DNA from: an uncultured Planctomycetota bacterium
Lineage (GTDB): Bacteria; JAJVIF01; JAPKYR01
Direction of reading: 5' to 3'
NCBI GenBank assembly: GCA_964354375.1
Contig: CAYGZQ010000007.1
Span: 29,230-93,229, forward strand
Length of the DNA stretch: 64,000 nt
In this document: positions 48,012-57,770 of the stretch, piece after piece
How positions within the stretch are numbered: position 1 is the first letter of the stretch
Layout: every line of letters starts with the position of its first letter
Translations under genes and position numbers: made by a program
The notes under the pieces: model-generated
The model's input: the letters and a program-made list of their open reading frames with translations, nothing else
Databases searched by the model: none
What the model was told of the DNA's origin: nothing

Positions 48012-50777
48012 TCACTGGTACGCGCGAACGTAGCTCGATCCGGCCACCACGAGATAGTCCCCCGCCAGAGCGGCGCCGCCTCGCTGAGTCTCGCCGGTGG
48101 GAATCGACCTGACGATGCTTCCGTTGGACGCATCCAGGAAGTAGACCGTCCCGTTAAGCTCAGGAGCGATCACGATGCCGTTCGGATAGCTGGGTGTGAC
48201 CGTGGCCACAATCATCGCGTCGAAGTATCCGGACATCGGGGAATTCCACTTCAAGCTCGCATAGTCGCCGTTGTCCGTAATACAGTGCACCGGGCCGGAG
48301 AACGCACACGCGAAATACATATCGTCCCCCAGCTTCGATACGCCGCCGTTGATGGGGTTGGCAGGGGTCGCCTGGTACTTCCAGACAAGGTCGCCCGCAG
48401 AATAGGCGCCCTGGTCCTCGACGGCGACGCAGTACACCTCGCCCGCATAGCTCGCGAAATAGGCCCTGCCGTTGTCGATCAGCGGATTGTTGTAGTGATC
48501 GACGGTGATAGTCGTGTATCCTGAGTGCCAGGACCAGTCGACCGTCCCGCTATCGATGTCGACACAATCCAGGTAGTTCTCATGCGTACCCCAGTTGTAT
48601 CCCACAGCGTAGGCCTTGCCGTCCTTCGCCGACACACCCGCCTCGAATGCAGCCATTATCGGCACCTCGTGAATCAGAGTTCCCGTCTGGGCATTGAGGA
48701 TGTACATTGCGGCTTCCAGACGGCCCTTGGCAATGACCTTGTCCTCGTAGACCGTCAACTGCGTGCCGAGCCAGTTCTGATCGCTCGGACTGGTATCGTC
48801 GTACGTCCAGAGCGGGGTGGGATTGTAGCCGCTCGAATTCGCATTGAAGCAATAAATCTTGTCGCCTCCCACGATGAGACGCTCGGTCCCGTCGCCCGCA
48901 TCGTAAAACGCGAATCCCGGCTGACACCTTTGATAATAGCCCGACGGGTCTATCTGCGCGGTCCAGAGCTGGGCGCCGGTCGTGAGATTGTACCCAAGCA
49001 CAAGAGTGCTCGTTCCGGCGTAGAACGCCGTATTGCTGGTGAAGAATATCTTGTTCTCGGCAACCACCGGAGTGCAGTATTTGTAGGCTCCGGATGCCGT
49101 CGTTGCGTAGACCTGGTTCAGACTGAGAGGATCCGCCGTCGTGGCCGACGGATTGCGCCCGAGATGGGACGAGTTGTACATGATGCATTCCCACCAGTAC
49201 GGCCACGTCGACTCCGTCACCTCGAACCCGTCCGGAAGCTCACCGTAAAGAGTTGTCGGGTTGGTCACGCGAACATCGTAGACCCCCACTACGGCGCCGG
49301 CGGACGCGTTCAGGTCGAGATCACACGTGATGAGCGTCCCGGCGGACGCGACTTCACCCGTGGCCTCGATGACCACACCGGGATCATCGTTCTTGATAAG
49401 CGTCACCTGCGCGCCGTCCAGGAAGTAGTTCCCCGTCACCTCGACTGCGGTCAGCACCTTTCCGATATCGCCGCTGTCGGGATCGATGGCCGTGACTATC
49501 GGGGCAACGTCGGTCGTTACCGAAACATCCGTCAGAAGATAAGAGGCCAGAGCCCCTTCGGGGAACGGGAATCCGGGAAATCCCGAATCGTAACTGTTCG
49601 GATCCTTGCTCTCAACAACGACCAACACCGGGTAGCCGCCCGTGCCGTACGGATCAACTTCCTCCACGCTGAGAAGCCAGGTCGCGCTGATGTCGTCCTC
49701 AGCATATAACGCTGCGGACAGCTCCGCTCCCTCGAACGTGGCGATGCCGCCCGTAGTGATGAGTCCGTCAGGAGTCTCGATATGGATTGCGCCGATTTCG
49801 TCGGCGACCCCGCTCGTTGTGCCCGCTCCCTGATGGTCAAACACGCGAACCATGAGGCCGAGCGTTCCGCCCGACGTGTCCTCGTCGACGTAGTACATGT
49901 CGGACTGGTCCGCGGCCGAGAAGCAGTAAGCCTCCTGGCAGTTCGCCGAGAGCGGGAAATCGTCGGGGATCTCATAGGGTTGATCTCCCGCGGGCTGGTC
50001 CCAGCTCGCGATCACTGCGTACTGGAATCGATACTGCGGCACCCCTCCGACCGTCGGAAACTGAAGGTCGTACCTTCGCCTGAGAGTGTTCCCGGCGGAG
50101 AAGAGCCCCCTTGGGTTGATGCAGGAAGGGTCGGCAAAGAACTGCGCGACATCATCCTGGCTTTCGAGGCCGTCGCAGAAGTACTTGTAGCCGTTCAGAG
50201 TGGCGTTGAAATCGTAATTCGGCGCGCCCATTTTCCCGAGAGTGAAACCGAAGATAGTGCCGTACTTGGTGAACTCGGACGGGTTGAACCAGCGCGTTAG
50301 GCCGTCCGCGTTGAGCACCCTCAAATCCTCCTCGCCCGCGTACAGGATGTTGCTGTCCGCTATCCCCTGGATCGTGCCGTTGCCGATGCATACGCCGCGC
50401 ACGTCGAACCCGGTGTACATGTCCAGTCCCGGAAACGGGTGCGTGAAAATCACGTCCACAAGCACGTGTCCGGTGATGAAATCGGTCAGCGGATCGATAT
50501 CGATCCCCATCAGGTTCTTGGGAGAGATCGGCGGTTGAAGGAACTGAGTCACGTTGCACGTGAACTGGACTCCGCGAACCGGCACTATTTCAGCCGTCCA
50601 CGTGGTGGGATCCAATGCAACGTCCCAGATCCCCCAGAGATGGGTGCCGCCGATCTCCGCCGCCAGCGGTCTTTCAACCGTAAGATCAGGGGCGGTGGGG
50701 GTATGAGAGGAGCTTGAGCACGCGAGCGCGATCACTGATGCCAGTGCCAGAACAAGGGAAACCAACCTGCCAGCCAT
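48012..50777 (-). CDS. Giant lipoprotein, family member E: conserved N-module, an IPT/TIG domain and a PQQ-like beta-propeller.
   Basis: The ATG at 50777 has a GGAGGT RBS and the lipobox is IALAC. The N-module is near-identical in pattern to D (THLWGIWDV, ADGLTRWFNP, NATLNGYKYFCDGL, FQYAVIASW, IPDDFPLSAN). The TIG motif is PIVTAIDPDSG...VTGNYF. There are repeated Trp-containing propeller blades. Its stop overlaps the 5' region of D. Confidence 0.8.
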   Translation of the reverse strand: MAGRLVSLVLALASVIALACSSSSHTPTAPDLTVERPLAAEIGGTHLWGIWDVALDPTTWTAEIVPVRGVQFTCNVTQFLQPPISPKNLMGIDIDPLTDFITGHVLVDVIFTHPFPGLDMYTGFDVRGVCIGNGTIQGIADSNILYAGEEDLRVLNADGLTRWFNPSEFTKYGTIFGFTLGKMGAPNYDFNATLNGYKYFCDGLESQDDVAQFFADPSCINPRGLFSAGNTLRRRYDLQFPTVGGVPQYRFQYAVIASWDQPAGDQPYEIPDDFPLSANCQEAYCFSAADQSDMYYVDEDTSGGTLGLMVRVFDHQGAGTTSGVADEIGAIHIETPDGLITTGGIATFEGAELSAALYAEDDISATWLLSVEEVDPYGTGGYPVLVVVESKDPNSYDSGFPGFPFPEGALASYLLTDVSVTTDVAPIVTAIDPDSGDIGKVLTAVEVTGNYFLDGAQVTLIKNDDPGVVIEATGEVASAGTLITCDLDLNASAGAVVGVYDVRVTNPTTLYGELPDGFEVTESTWPYWWECIMYNSSHLGRNPSATTADPLSLNQVYATTASGAYKYCTPVVAENKIFFTSNTAFYAGTSTLVLGYNLTTGAQLWTAQIDPSGYYQRCQPGFAFYDAGDGTERLIVGGDKIYCFNANSSGYNPTPLWTYDDTSPSDQNWLGTQLTVYEDKVIAKGRLEAAMYILNAQTGTLIHEVPIMAAFEAGVSAKDGKAYAVGYNWGTHENYLDCVDIDSGTVDWSWHSGYTTITVDHYNNPLIDNGRAYFASYAGEVYCVAVEDQGAYSAGDLVWKYQATPANPINGGVSKLGDDMYFACAFSGPVHCITDNGDYASLKWNSPMSGYFDAMIVATVTPSYPNGIVIAPELNGTVYFLDASNGSIVRSIPTGETQRGGAALAGDYLVVAGSSYVRAYQ

Positions 50778-50915
50778 GGTGGACCTCCGAGATTTGAACA
50801 GCCATTCACTTAGATGTGTCGTGCATAGGAAATAATAGAATAACACAGCCGGGAAAACAAGAAAGCGGCGCATTGAGAGTCGCGCCGCTGGGGGAGAGCT
50901 GGTTTGAGCAATACG

Positions 50916-51278
50916 CTATCGTTTCGCGCCATCCGGCTCGCGGTCCAGAAGAATCCACTCCAGTTTCGACATAACGATAATCTGCGCGGGAATGGGCTCC
51001 AGCCCGGAGACGCGCATCTCGATTCCATCGCGGGCAAGCTCTCGATGCCATTCGAGAAGCGTGCGCAGTCCGCTGATGCTGAGATACCTGCACTTGCTCA
51101 TGTCGAGAACGACCTCTTTCGCGCCGGCTCTCGCAACAGTCCTGGACATTCTCGCGAACGCGCTTGCCATCCGATCGGTGCATTCCTCGTAGTCCCAGAC
51201 GAGCGTGATTCGTCCGTCCCGGCCCGGCCCGGACGGTTGCGGAGACTTCGACTCGACTTGCCGCACACGATCGATCAT
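50916..51278 (-). CDS. STAS-domain protein (anti-sigma-factor antagonist, SpoIIAA-like).
   Basis: VVLDMSKCRYLSISGLRTLLEWHRELARDGIEMRVSGLEP matches the STAS core. It lies immediately upstream of, and co-directional with, lipoprotein E. Confidence 0.65.
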   Translation of the reverse strand: MIDRVRQVESKSPQPSGPGRDGRITLVWDYEECTDRMASAFARMSRTVARAGAKEVVLDMSKCRYLSISGLRTLLEWHRELARDGIEMRVSGLEPIPAQIIVMSKLEWILLDREPDGAKR

Positions 51279-51437
51279 GGTCAGTATATCGACCGCACGG
51301 GAAATTACTTTAGATATGTATCCATTAAGTCAGCTTAATACCCATAAAGCCGGGTGAGCATCGAGCGATCGCGTCTCTGAAGCCGAGAGGTCCGCTCCTT
51401 GACCGCCAAATATCGAAATGGTAGATTTACATACCGC

Positions 51438-51514
51438 GGCGGTGTAGCTCAGATGGTTAGAGCATGCGGCTCATACCCGCAGTGTCACTGGTTCGAGTCC
51501 AGTCACCGCCACCA
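51438..51514 (+). tRNA. tRNA-Met (anticodon CAT), elongator-like; it could instead be tRNA-Ile2/lysidine.
   Basis: The 7-bp acceptor pairs ggcggtg with caccgcc. The D-arm is tagctcagatggttagagc. The anticodon loop is ctCATac. The T-arm is GGTTCGAGTCC. The CCA end is encoded. There is no GGG:CCC anticodon stem and pair 1-72 is G:C, so it is not an initiator. Confidence 0.85.
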
Positions 51515-51524
51515 GTTGAAATGA

Positions 51525-51554
51525 AGCCCCCGGACCGTCCCGGGGCTTTTCTTT
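51525..51554 (+). terminator. Rho-independent terminator after tRNA-Met.
   Basis: The stem-loop gcccccgg-accgt-cccggggc is followed by ttttctttg. Confidence 0.55.
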
Positions 51555-51916
51555 GTCTTGCCGACTTCCGTCCCATCTTCCTTCTCAGTCTGTCCTCGAT
51601 CAGCATCGCAAACGGAGCGGCCTGCGACAACAAGCGCCGGGCCTCAGCTTCGATGATAAGCCCGGCCACATTGTCGGGCGGACGGGCTCGCCCCCTCCAG
51701 ATTCGGTCGGAATGGAGATCCGACTCGGCATTCCCCCATCCGCAGCCGGCCCCGGAGGCGGGTTGTCAGATTGATTTGAGATCGCTCGCCAAAGCCGAAG
51801 CGTCATAAACAGGATTTAATTCCAGATCTTTCGAACTCCCGGTCGGATTGACCAAACCTCTTGCCGGTGATCCTTGTCTCATGTTTCAAGGGGAAAAAAC
51901 CGCATGGAGGCGCAGT

Positions 51917-54262
51917 GTGATTGAATTTCTCAATCGATGTTTCTGCTATTGCCTTTGCAGCGCAGCCGTCGTTGCGATCGCGCTGATGTCCGTCGGCTGC
52001 AACTCTGAGGGAGATCCGTCATCGCCCGCGTCGGGAAGACTGACGGACAAATTAAGCACATGCCGTCCGCAACCGTCTTCGGACGTCGAAAAGAGCCAGC
52101 AGACGGCAAACTGGGACACGATCGGAAACAGGCCGCTTTACGCCGACGGCGAAATCCTGATTGTGCTGAACGACGACGCCAATCCGTCCGATGTTTCGCT
52201 CATAAATACGGGCACGCTTCAATTCCGCGAGACGATCCCCTGCCGATGGGGCACCATCTACCGCATGAAGATCGCGGACGGAAGCAGTGTGGAGGAGACG
52301 GTAAAGTTGTTTGCATCGGATCCTGATGTGAGAATTGCCCAGCCGAATTATCTCTATTACTTCTGCGAAGCGCCGTATGTTCCGGATGACCCGATGTGGG
52401 CATACCAGAGCGATCCCGCCGACCCAAAGGACAGCATTTACGATCAATGGGGGCCCTCGATGGTAGGCGCGCCCGTCGTCTGGAACGACACCAATGGCTC
52501 CGCCGGTATGATCATTGCCGTCCTGGACACGGGAGTAAGGCATGACCACGAGGACCTGCACGACAACCTCTGGACAAATACGGACGAGATTCCGGACAAC
52601 GGCGTCGATGATGACGCTAACGGGTATATCGATGACGACTGGGGATGGAATTTCGCTGACGAAAACAACAATCCCGACGATACATCGCTGATCGATTATC
52701 ACGGGACCGCAGTCGCGGGCGTGGCGGCGTCGGTCCAGGATAATTTCAAAGGAGTCTCCGGAATAGCCCCGGGAACGAAAATCATGGCCCTGAAGGTAAG
52801 TTTCGATTCCACAGCCGCCCTCGAGTCTTCCGTTGCCGAGGCCCTGAACTACGCAGTGGAAAATGGCGCCACGATCGCGAGCATGTCGTTTCTGGCGTAC
52901 GTACACTCGACAATCATGTACGAGGCATGCACGAACGCATGGAATGACGGCAACGGCATCAACCTTGTCGCTGCGATCGGCAATGACAACGGAGTCTACT
53001 ATGCAAGTCCGAACGGATTCGAATGCGTAATCTCAACCGGTGGAACGTGCCCATGGACCAAGAGCGGTCAACCGAGAGACGAAAAGCGGATCAAGAAAAA
53101 TGAGGACGGTTACCCGTGGGGCTCCAATTACGGGGGTAATCTCTCGGTCATGGCCTTTGCCGCCCAATACAGCACGCCGGACGGAGAGCATACCGATTCC
53201 TACTGGGACGGGTTCAATCATATCCTGTTCTGGGGGACCTCCTGCACCGCTCCCTTCGCATCCGGCATTCTTGCTCTTATCAGGTCGTATCATCCGACGG
53301 AATCACCCGCCTGGGCGAGGACCAGGCTGGAGGAAACCTGCGACGACCTGAATGTCCCGGGCTATGATGTCCAGACCGGAAACGGACGGGTCAATGCCAT
53401 AAGGGCAGTCTACGGGGCCGACAGATATGTCGAGTTCACTGATCCCGACGGCTTCGTACAGATTCCGACACCAGACGCTCAGGTGTTCGAAACGATCAAT
53501 GATCGTCCGGGCAGCCCATATCACGACGTCGAGGACCTCTACAAAGTGACGATGACGCACACCGGCTCTCTTATCCTGAGCTTGGATATTTTCACATGGG
53601 GTGAAAACCTGGACCTTGCCGTGTACTCGGATCCGGGAATGTCGGAATTGATGGGTGAGTCTGCCGTCGAAAACCACTGCGGCAGCAGTTTCGAGAAGCT
53701 TCTCCTGCATGTGAGCGCGGGAGAGGATTACTACATAAGGATATTCTCTCCGGGCATCGGCAATTCGACAGCCTATGGACTGGCGGTTCACAACGGCACA
53801 GACAGTCTGTCGGTCACCGGCGAAAGCATCTCGCCCGCAGTCATCAACGAACAGACTGAGGACGCACCAATCCTGAAAATCATGCTTGAGATCGGCAGCC
53901 AGGCCACTCTTGACGAGATCATTCTCAATTTGCACGGATCTCATTCGTATCAGAACTGGACCTACGGGAGGCTCTACAAGGACCAGGACGGCGAGGGGTC
54001 ACTGGATGACGGCGACATTCTTCTGGACGGGAAAATCCCGCAGGTCGGAAATCGGATCAGGTTCGAAAGCCTGGGGACAGCCTGGGACTATACCAAGCCG
54101 CTGATCCTGTTTTTCACGGCTGACCTCACTCCGACTGCCGAAGAGTCGACGCTGCACTTTTCGCTTGAATCATACAAGGATGTAAGCACGGAGGAGAGCA
54201 TTTCGGCTGAATACATCCAGTTTCCGATCAGGTCGAACGACATTCTCGTCGGACCCGGCTAG
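51917..54262 (+). CDS. Subtilisin-like serine protease (S8), a lipoprotein or secreted protein with long C-terminal beta-rich domains.
   Basis: The triad contexts are AVLDTGVRHDHEDL (Asp), HGTAVAGVAAS (His) and GTSCTAPFASGILALI (Ser). A GGAGG RBS lies 6 nt before the in-frame GTG at 51917. Alternative starts are the ATG at 51881 and the TTG at 51848. The lipobox-like sequence is MSVGC. Confidence 0.8.
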   Translation: MIEFLNRCFCYCLCSAAVVAIALMSVGCNSEGDPSSPASGRLTDKLSTCRPQPSSDVEKSQQTANWDTIGNRPLYADGEILIVLNDDANPSDVSLINTGTLQFRETIPCRWGTIYRMKIADGSSVEETVKLFASDPDVRIAQPNYLYYFCEAPYVPDDPMWAYQSDPADPKDSIYDQWGPSMVGAPVVWNDTNGSAGMIIAVLDTGVRHDHEDLHDNLWTNTDEIPDNGVDDDANGYIDDDWGWNFADENNNPDDTSLIDYHGTAVAGVAASVQDNFKGVSGIAPGTKIMALKVSFDSTAALESSVAEALNYAVENGATIASMSFLAYVHSTIMYEACTNAWNDGNGINLVAAIGNDNGVYYASPNGFECVISTGGTCPWTKSGQPRDEKRIKKNEDGYPWGSNYGGNLSVMAFAAQYSTPDGEHTDSYWDGFNHILFWGTSCTAPFASGILALIRSYHPTESPAWARTRLEETCDDLNVPGYDVQTGNGRVNAIRAVYGADRYVEFTDPDGFVQIPTPDAQVFETINDRPGSPYHDVEDLYKVTMTHTGSLILSLDIFTWGENLDLAVYSDPGMSELMGESAVENHCGSSFEKLLLHVSAGEDYYIRIFSPGIGNSTAYGLAVHNGTDSLSVTGESISPAVINEQTEDAPILKIMLEIGSQATLDEIILNLHGSHSYQNWTYGRLYKDQDGEGSLDDGDILLDGKIPQVGNRIRFESLGTAWDYTKPLILFFTADLTPTAEESTLHFSLESYKDVSTEESISAEYIQFPIRSNDILVGPG

Positions 54263-54428
54263 TGGCTGATTCGGATCAATCCGCCTTGGCCACTCACCCA
54301 CTCTCTGCGTCCTACTCTTTCTTGTCCGGCTCGCCCTCGATGTCGTAGTTGAGATCCCTCACTATCTGCCTGACCGGACCGCAACCCGTATCCAGACGAC
54401 CGTTCAGAACTGCCTCAATACAGGGGAC

Positions 54429-54503
54429 TGGCTGGGGCGGTAGGATTCGAACCTACGAATACAGGCTCCAAAGGCCCGTGCCTTACCGCTTGGCGACGCC
54501 CCA
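54429..54503 (-). tRNA. tRNA-Gln (anticodon TTG).
   Basis: The minus-strand sequence is tggggcg-tc-gccaagcggtaaggc-a-cgggc-cTTTGga-gcctg-tattc-gtaggttcgaatcctac-cgcccca-g-CCA. GGTTCGAATCC is the T-loop, and the anticodon loop has U33 followed by UUG. Confidence 0.8.
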
Positions 54504-54581
54504 GTGCTGCCTTTCACCACCATCAACGTAACAGCCGCACGCAACGCTGTCAAGTCCACAATACTATCGCGCTGAATCCCT

Positions 54582-55352
54582 TCAGGCGTGCCCCATGATC
54601 CGACGGACCATGCTCAGGTCCTCGGGCTTGTCTACATCGAACCCTATCTCCGGGTACGGCGTGATGACTCCCCTCATCCGCGCGCCGAGAATCTTCGTGG
54701 CCTTGTCCTCCAGACCCTTCAGATCCAGCTGCTTGAACGCGAACCTGATAATGAACGGCAGCCCGAACAGCCTGACCAGCTTCGCCGGCGACTTCCTGTC
54801 GCGTATCACCGCCTCGACCTTGTCGCGGTTCTTCAGAACCTTCTCCGGATTGACGACAAACACGTTGCCGCCGGTGAACGTGCCCTCTTTCAGACTCTGT
54901 GTGGTCCTCTTGCCGCCGGGGAATTTCTGATCGAAGAGCTTGACGTCGATGATGGGATAGAAGACCTCGGCGTCCATCTTCCCGATCTGCTCCATAAGGT
55001 TTCTGAGCGCATCGGGCGTGATGAGCGGTATGTCGCAGGTTGCGTTAAGCACATAACGGTGCTGACGAAAGCGCTCGAGGCCGGTCATGTAATTCTCGAG
55101 CATGCTGCCGAGGTCCTCGGCGACCTGGTCCGGCTGAAGGCCGAATGTCGAGCGAATGCGCTCCGCATTGCCGATGACCAGCATCTCGCCGCAGATACCG
55201 CTGCCCTTGAACGCATCGAGGACCCACCCGAGCATGGGTCGCCCCCCGACCTCAATGAACGCCCGCTCTTTCTCTGTCTCGCCGGCTGCGAGGATTTTCT
55301 CAGGCGTCGCACCGCCGGCCAGGATGATGACTGGATAGACTTCCGTTGCCAT
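54582..55352 (-). CDS. MobA-like NTP-transferase domain protein (nucleotidyltransferase, guanylyl/cytidylyltransferase-like).
   Basis: VIILAGGATPEKI...KERAFIEVGGRPML is the GT-A nucleotidyltransferase N-terminus. Its length and pattern resemble CobY/CofC/MobA-type enzymes. Substrate is unassigned. Confidence 0.55.
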   Translation of the reverse strand: MATEVYPVIILAGGATPEKILAAGETEKERAFIEVGGRPMLGWVLDAFKGSGICGEMLVIGNAERIRSTFGLQPDQVAEDLGSMLENYMTGLERFRQHRYVLNATCDIPLITPDALRNLMEQIGKMDAEVFYPIIDVKLFDQKFPGGKRTTQSLKEGTFTGGNVFVVNPEKVLKNRDKVEAVIRDRKSPAKLVRLFGLPFIIRFAFKQLDLKGLEDKATKILGARMRGVITPYPEIGFDVDKPEDLSMVRRIMGHA

Positions 55353-55555
55353 GATTGGTTCCCTCCACCATGAAGTGTCAAATCAGGCTTTTCGCCCACC
55401 GACATTTTACCGCTTGCATGTCGAATTGTGAAATTCCTGGAGGGGACAGCCACCCCCGATGCCTCACGTAATAGACACTCCCCATGCCGTTGGCTATAAT
55501 CTATCGTCCCTTTCCGGAAGGGCGATGTACGCCCGGACGGTCAAAGGCGGAAAGC

Positions 55556-56224
55556 ATGAAATCCGCAAAAAGTGGAAAGCCTAAGAAGCCGGTCGCACGC
55601 GAGTACCTGATCCCCGACCTCGACGACATGCTTCTCTCGCCTCCGGACGGCGAGATAGTGGAGGCGCTTGCCGAGCATTACGCGGACATCCTGTCCCTGA
55701 TCGGAGAGGACCGCGGGCGTGAAGGTCTGAGAAGGACCCCAAGGCGCGTCGCGGAGAGCCTCAGGTTCCTCACAGCGGGCTATTTCCAGGATGTCGACCA
55801 GGTCGTCGGCGACGGGGTTTTCGAGGACCCCTGCGACGAGATGGTGCTGGTCAGGGATATCGAGCTGTACTCCCTCTGCGAGCATCATCTCCTGCCCTTC
55901 TACGGGCGGTGTCATGTCGCGTACATCCCCAACGGCAGGATCATCGGGCTGTCCAAGCTGCCCAGGATAATCGACATCTACGCGCGACGGCTGCAGGTGC
56001 AGGAGCGTCTCACCAACCAGATCGCCGACACAATCGAGTCCATCCTGAAGCCCAAGGGCGTGGGGGTCGTTATCGAGGCGTATCACCTCTGCATGATGAT
56101 GCGGGGCGTGCAGAAGCAGAACTCGAAAACCGTCACCAGCGCCATGCGCGGCGGATTCAAGCGTTTCTCCAAAACCCGCATGGAGTTCCTGAGCCTGATC
56201 AGCCTGGGTACCGAGAACTTCTAG
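55556..56224 (+). CDS. folE: GTP cyclohydrolase I.
   Basis: [12 protein letters not shown], ...[20 protein letters not shown]... and ...LQVQERLT... are canonical FolE motifs. The ATG at 55556 has an AGGCGGA RBS. Confidence 0.9.
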   Translation: MKSAKSGKPKKPVAREYLIPDLDDMLLSPPDGEIVEALAEHYADILSLIGEDRGREGLRRTPRRVAESLRFLTAGYFQDVDQVVGDGVFEDPCDEMVLVRDIELYSLCEHHLLPFYGRCHVAYIPNGRIIGLSKLPRIIDIYARRLQVQERLTNQIADTIESILKPKGVGVVIEAYHLCMMMRGVQKQNSKTVTSAMRGGFKRFSKTRMEFLSLISLGTENF

Positions 56225-56233
56225 TTCGGGATC

Positions 56234-56956
56234 CTATTCCTCCGACTTAGGATTTTTGGGAGAGCCCCTGAGCCTGCGCTTCACCCTGCCGCACTCAAAC
56301 CGGAGGATGTCCCCATACATCGCAGCCCTCTGCCTTACCCCTTCCCAGTATCCGCGCTTCTCCTCTTTGGTCCGATGCGTCACGCCTTTAAGGATAACCT
56401 TCTCGACCCTTATCGCGCCGGTCGTCCAAAGCTCGGTCAGAGCACGTTCGATTGCGAACCCTGCCGAGCTCATCTCGAGATTGGCCAGTACCGATCTTCG
56501 CACCGCCCTCTGCCCCGACAGGGAAGGGGTGATGATGTGGGCAAGATCGGTGTGCAGCCGTCCCCCCCTGAAAAGGCCGACCGACATGTCCGCACGGTCG
56601 TCCACGACCGGTTTCAGAAGGTCGCTGATGTGACCGGATTTGAGCCCCACAAGGTCGGCGTCGAGAAACAGAACTACCTGCTCGTCAGTTGCTTCAAGAC
56701 CGGCTTTCATCGCGGCGCCCTTGCCTTGATTCTCGCTCAGCCGGATCACCTGCACTCCCTCGACCGAAGCTGCGGCATCCGATGTCGAATCGGTTGAGCC
56801 GTCGTCGACGACCAGGACTCTGTGGACGCCGGGATGCGCCAACGCAAGCCCGGCGATCTCTGCGACGGTCGCAGCCTCGTTGTATGCGGGGATGATGCAG
56901 ACTGTTGTGGAGGTGTTCGTCGACATCCGGTGACGAGATCGATTTTCCGGGTGCAC
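56234..56956 (-). CDS. GT2-family glycosyltransferase (glucosyl-3-phosphoglycerate-synthase / Dpm-like).
   Basis: CIIPAYNEAATV, VVDDGSTDST and FLDADL are present. Confidence 0.75.
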   Translation of the reverse strand: MHPENRSRHRMSTNTSTTVCIIPAYNEAATVAEIAGLALAHPGVHRVLVVDDGSTDSTSDAAASVEGVQVIRLSENQGKGAAMKAGLEATDEQVVLFLDADLVGLKSGHISDLLKPVVDDRADMSVGLFRGGRLHTDLAHIITPSLSGQRAVRRSVLANLEMSSAGFAIERALTELWTTGAIRVEKVILKGVTHRTKEEKRGYWEGVRQRAAMYGDILRFECGRVKRRLRGSPKNPKSEE

Positions 56957-56960
56957 AAAA

Positions 56961-57689
56961 TCAGTTCAGAGGCACGTTCGGCGTCTTGCCCTCGACGTAA
57001 TTCGCGAAGAATTCGTTGTCGAGACCCAGGCCGAACTCGTAGTCCGTGTAGGCGGTCGTTGTCGTGGCGAGCAGGTTGCCGTCCGGGTCCTTCGCCTCGG
57101 CCACCGTCTCCAGCAGAAGGATGAATTTGTCCGCCGGACCGTATGTATAGCTGATGGTCGTGTTGAGGTTCTCGAATTCCCTGGTGGCGTGCGTCGCCAG
57201 CGTCCTCACGTGCCTGAAATCGTCCTTTGCCACGTAGTAGGTCCTGTTGTACTGGGCGAACGCAGGGTCCCTCGGAGTCGTGCGGATCACGTAGCACGCA
57301 ATGTCATTGACCTCAGCATCCCGCTGGCGAACGAGGTCCACGCTCTCGAGAAGAACAACGAGCAGGTTGTCATTGAAATAGAAAGCGGGCTGATCTTCGA
57401 TGAGCTGCATCTGCGTCACCGGCTCCATGAAGTAGAGGTCCTTCTCAAGAATCTCTTTCGCATCGACGCCTGCGCGGACGGTGGTCTCGGCCAGCTTGCA
57501 GCGGTAATCATTGATGCCGGGGTCCGCGGCAAGCTGATCGCCCTCGTAGTGGATCATCCCGTCGAAGATCTCGAGCGCGGAGAGCTGCGGGGCGCCAGCA
57601 CCGGATGCGGCCCCGGCGACGATCACAAGGAACACCGAAACAAATGCCATGAGGCGTGTCATTCTTCTTCTCCTCAGTGTGGTTGTCAA
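56961..57689 (-). CDS. Secreted LolA-like / outer-membrane-lipoprotein-sorting-fold protein, hypothetical.
   Basis: A signal peptide, and a size and beta-rich composition compatible with the LolA-like family. The assignment is weak. Confidence 0.4.
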   Translation of the reverse strand: MTTTLRRRRMTRLMAFVSVFLVIVAGAASGAGAPQLSALEIFDGMIHYEGDQLAADPGINDYRCKLAETTVRAGVDAKEILEKDLYFMEPVTQMQLIEDQPAFYFNDNLLVVLLESVDLVRQRDAEVNDIACYVIRTTPRDPAFAQYNRTYYVAKDDFRHVRTLATHATREFENLNTTISYTYGPADKFILLLETVAEAKDPDGNLLATTTTAYTDYEFGLGLDNEFFANYVEGKTPNVPLN

Positions 57690-57770
57690 TCCATATTATA
57701 GCATAGCACGATCCGCGACGTACGGCCCGACCGTCACGGTTGCCCTCACTACCATACGAGCCCCGAAAGC

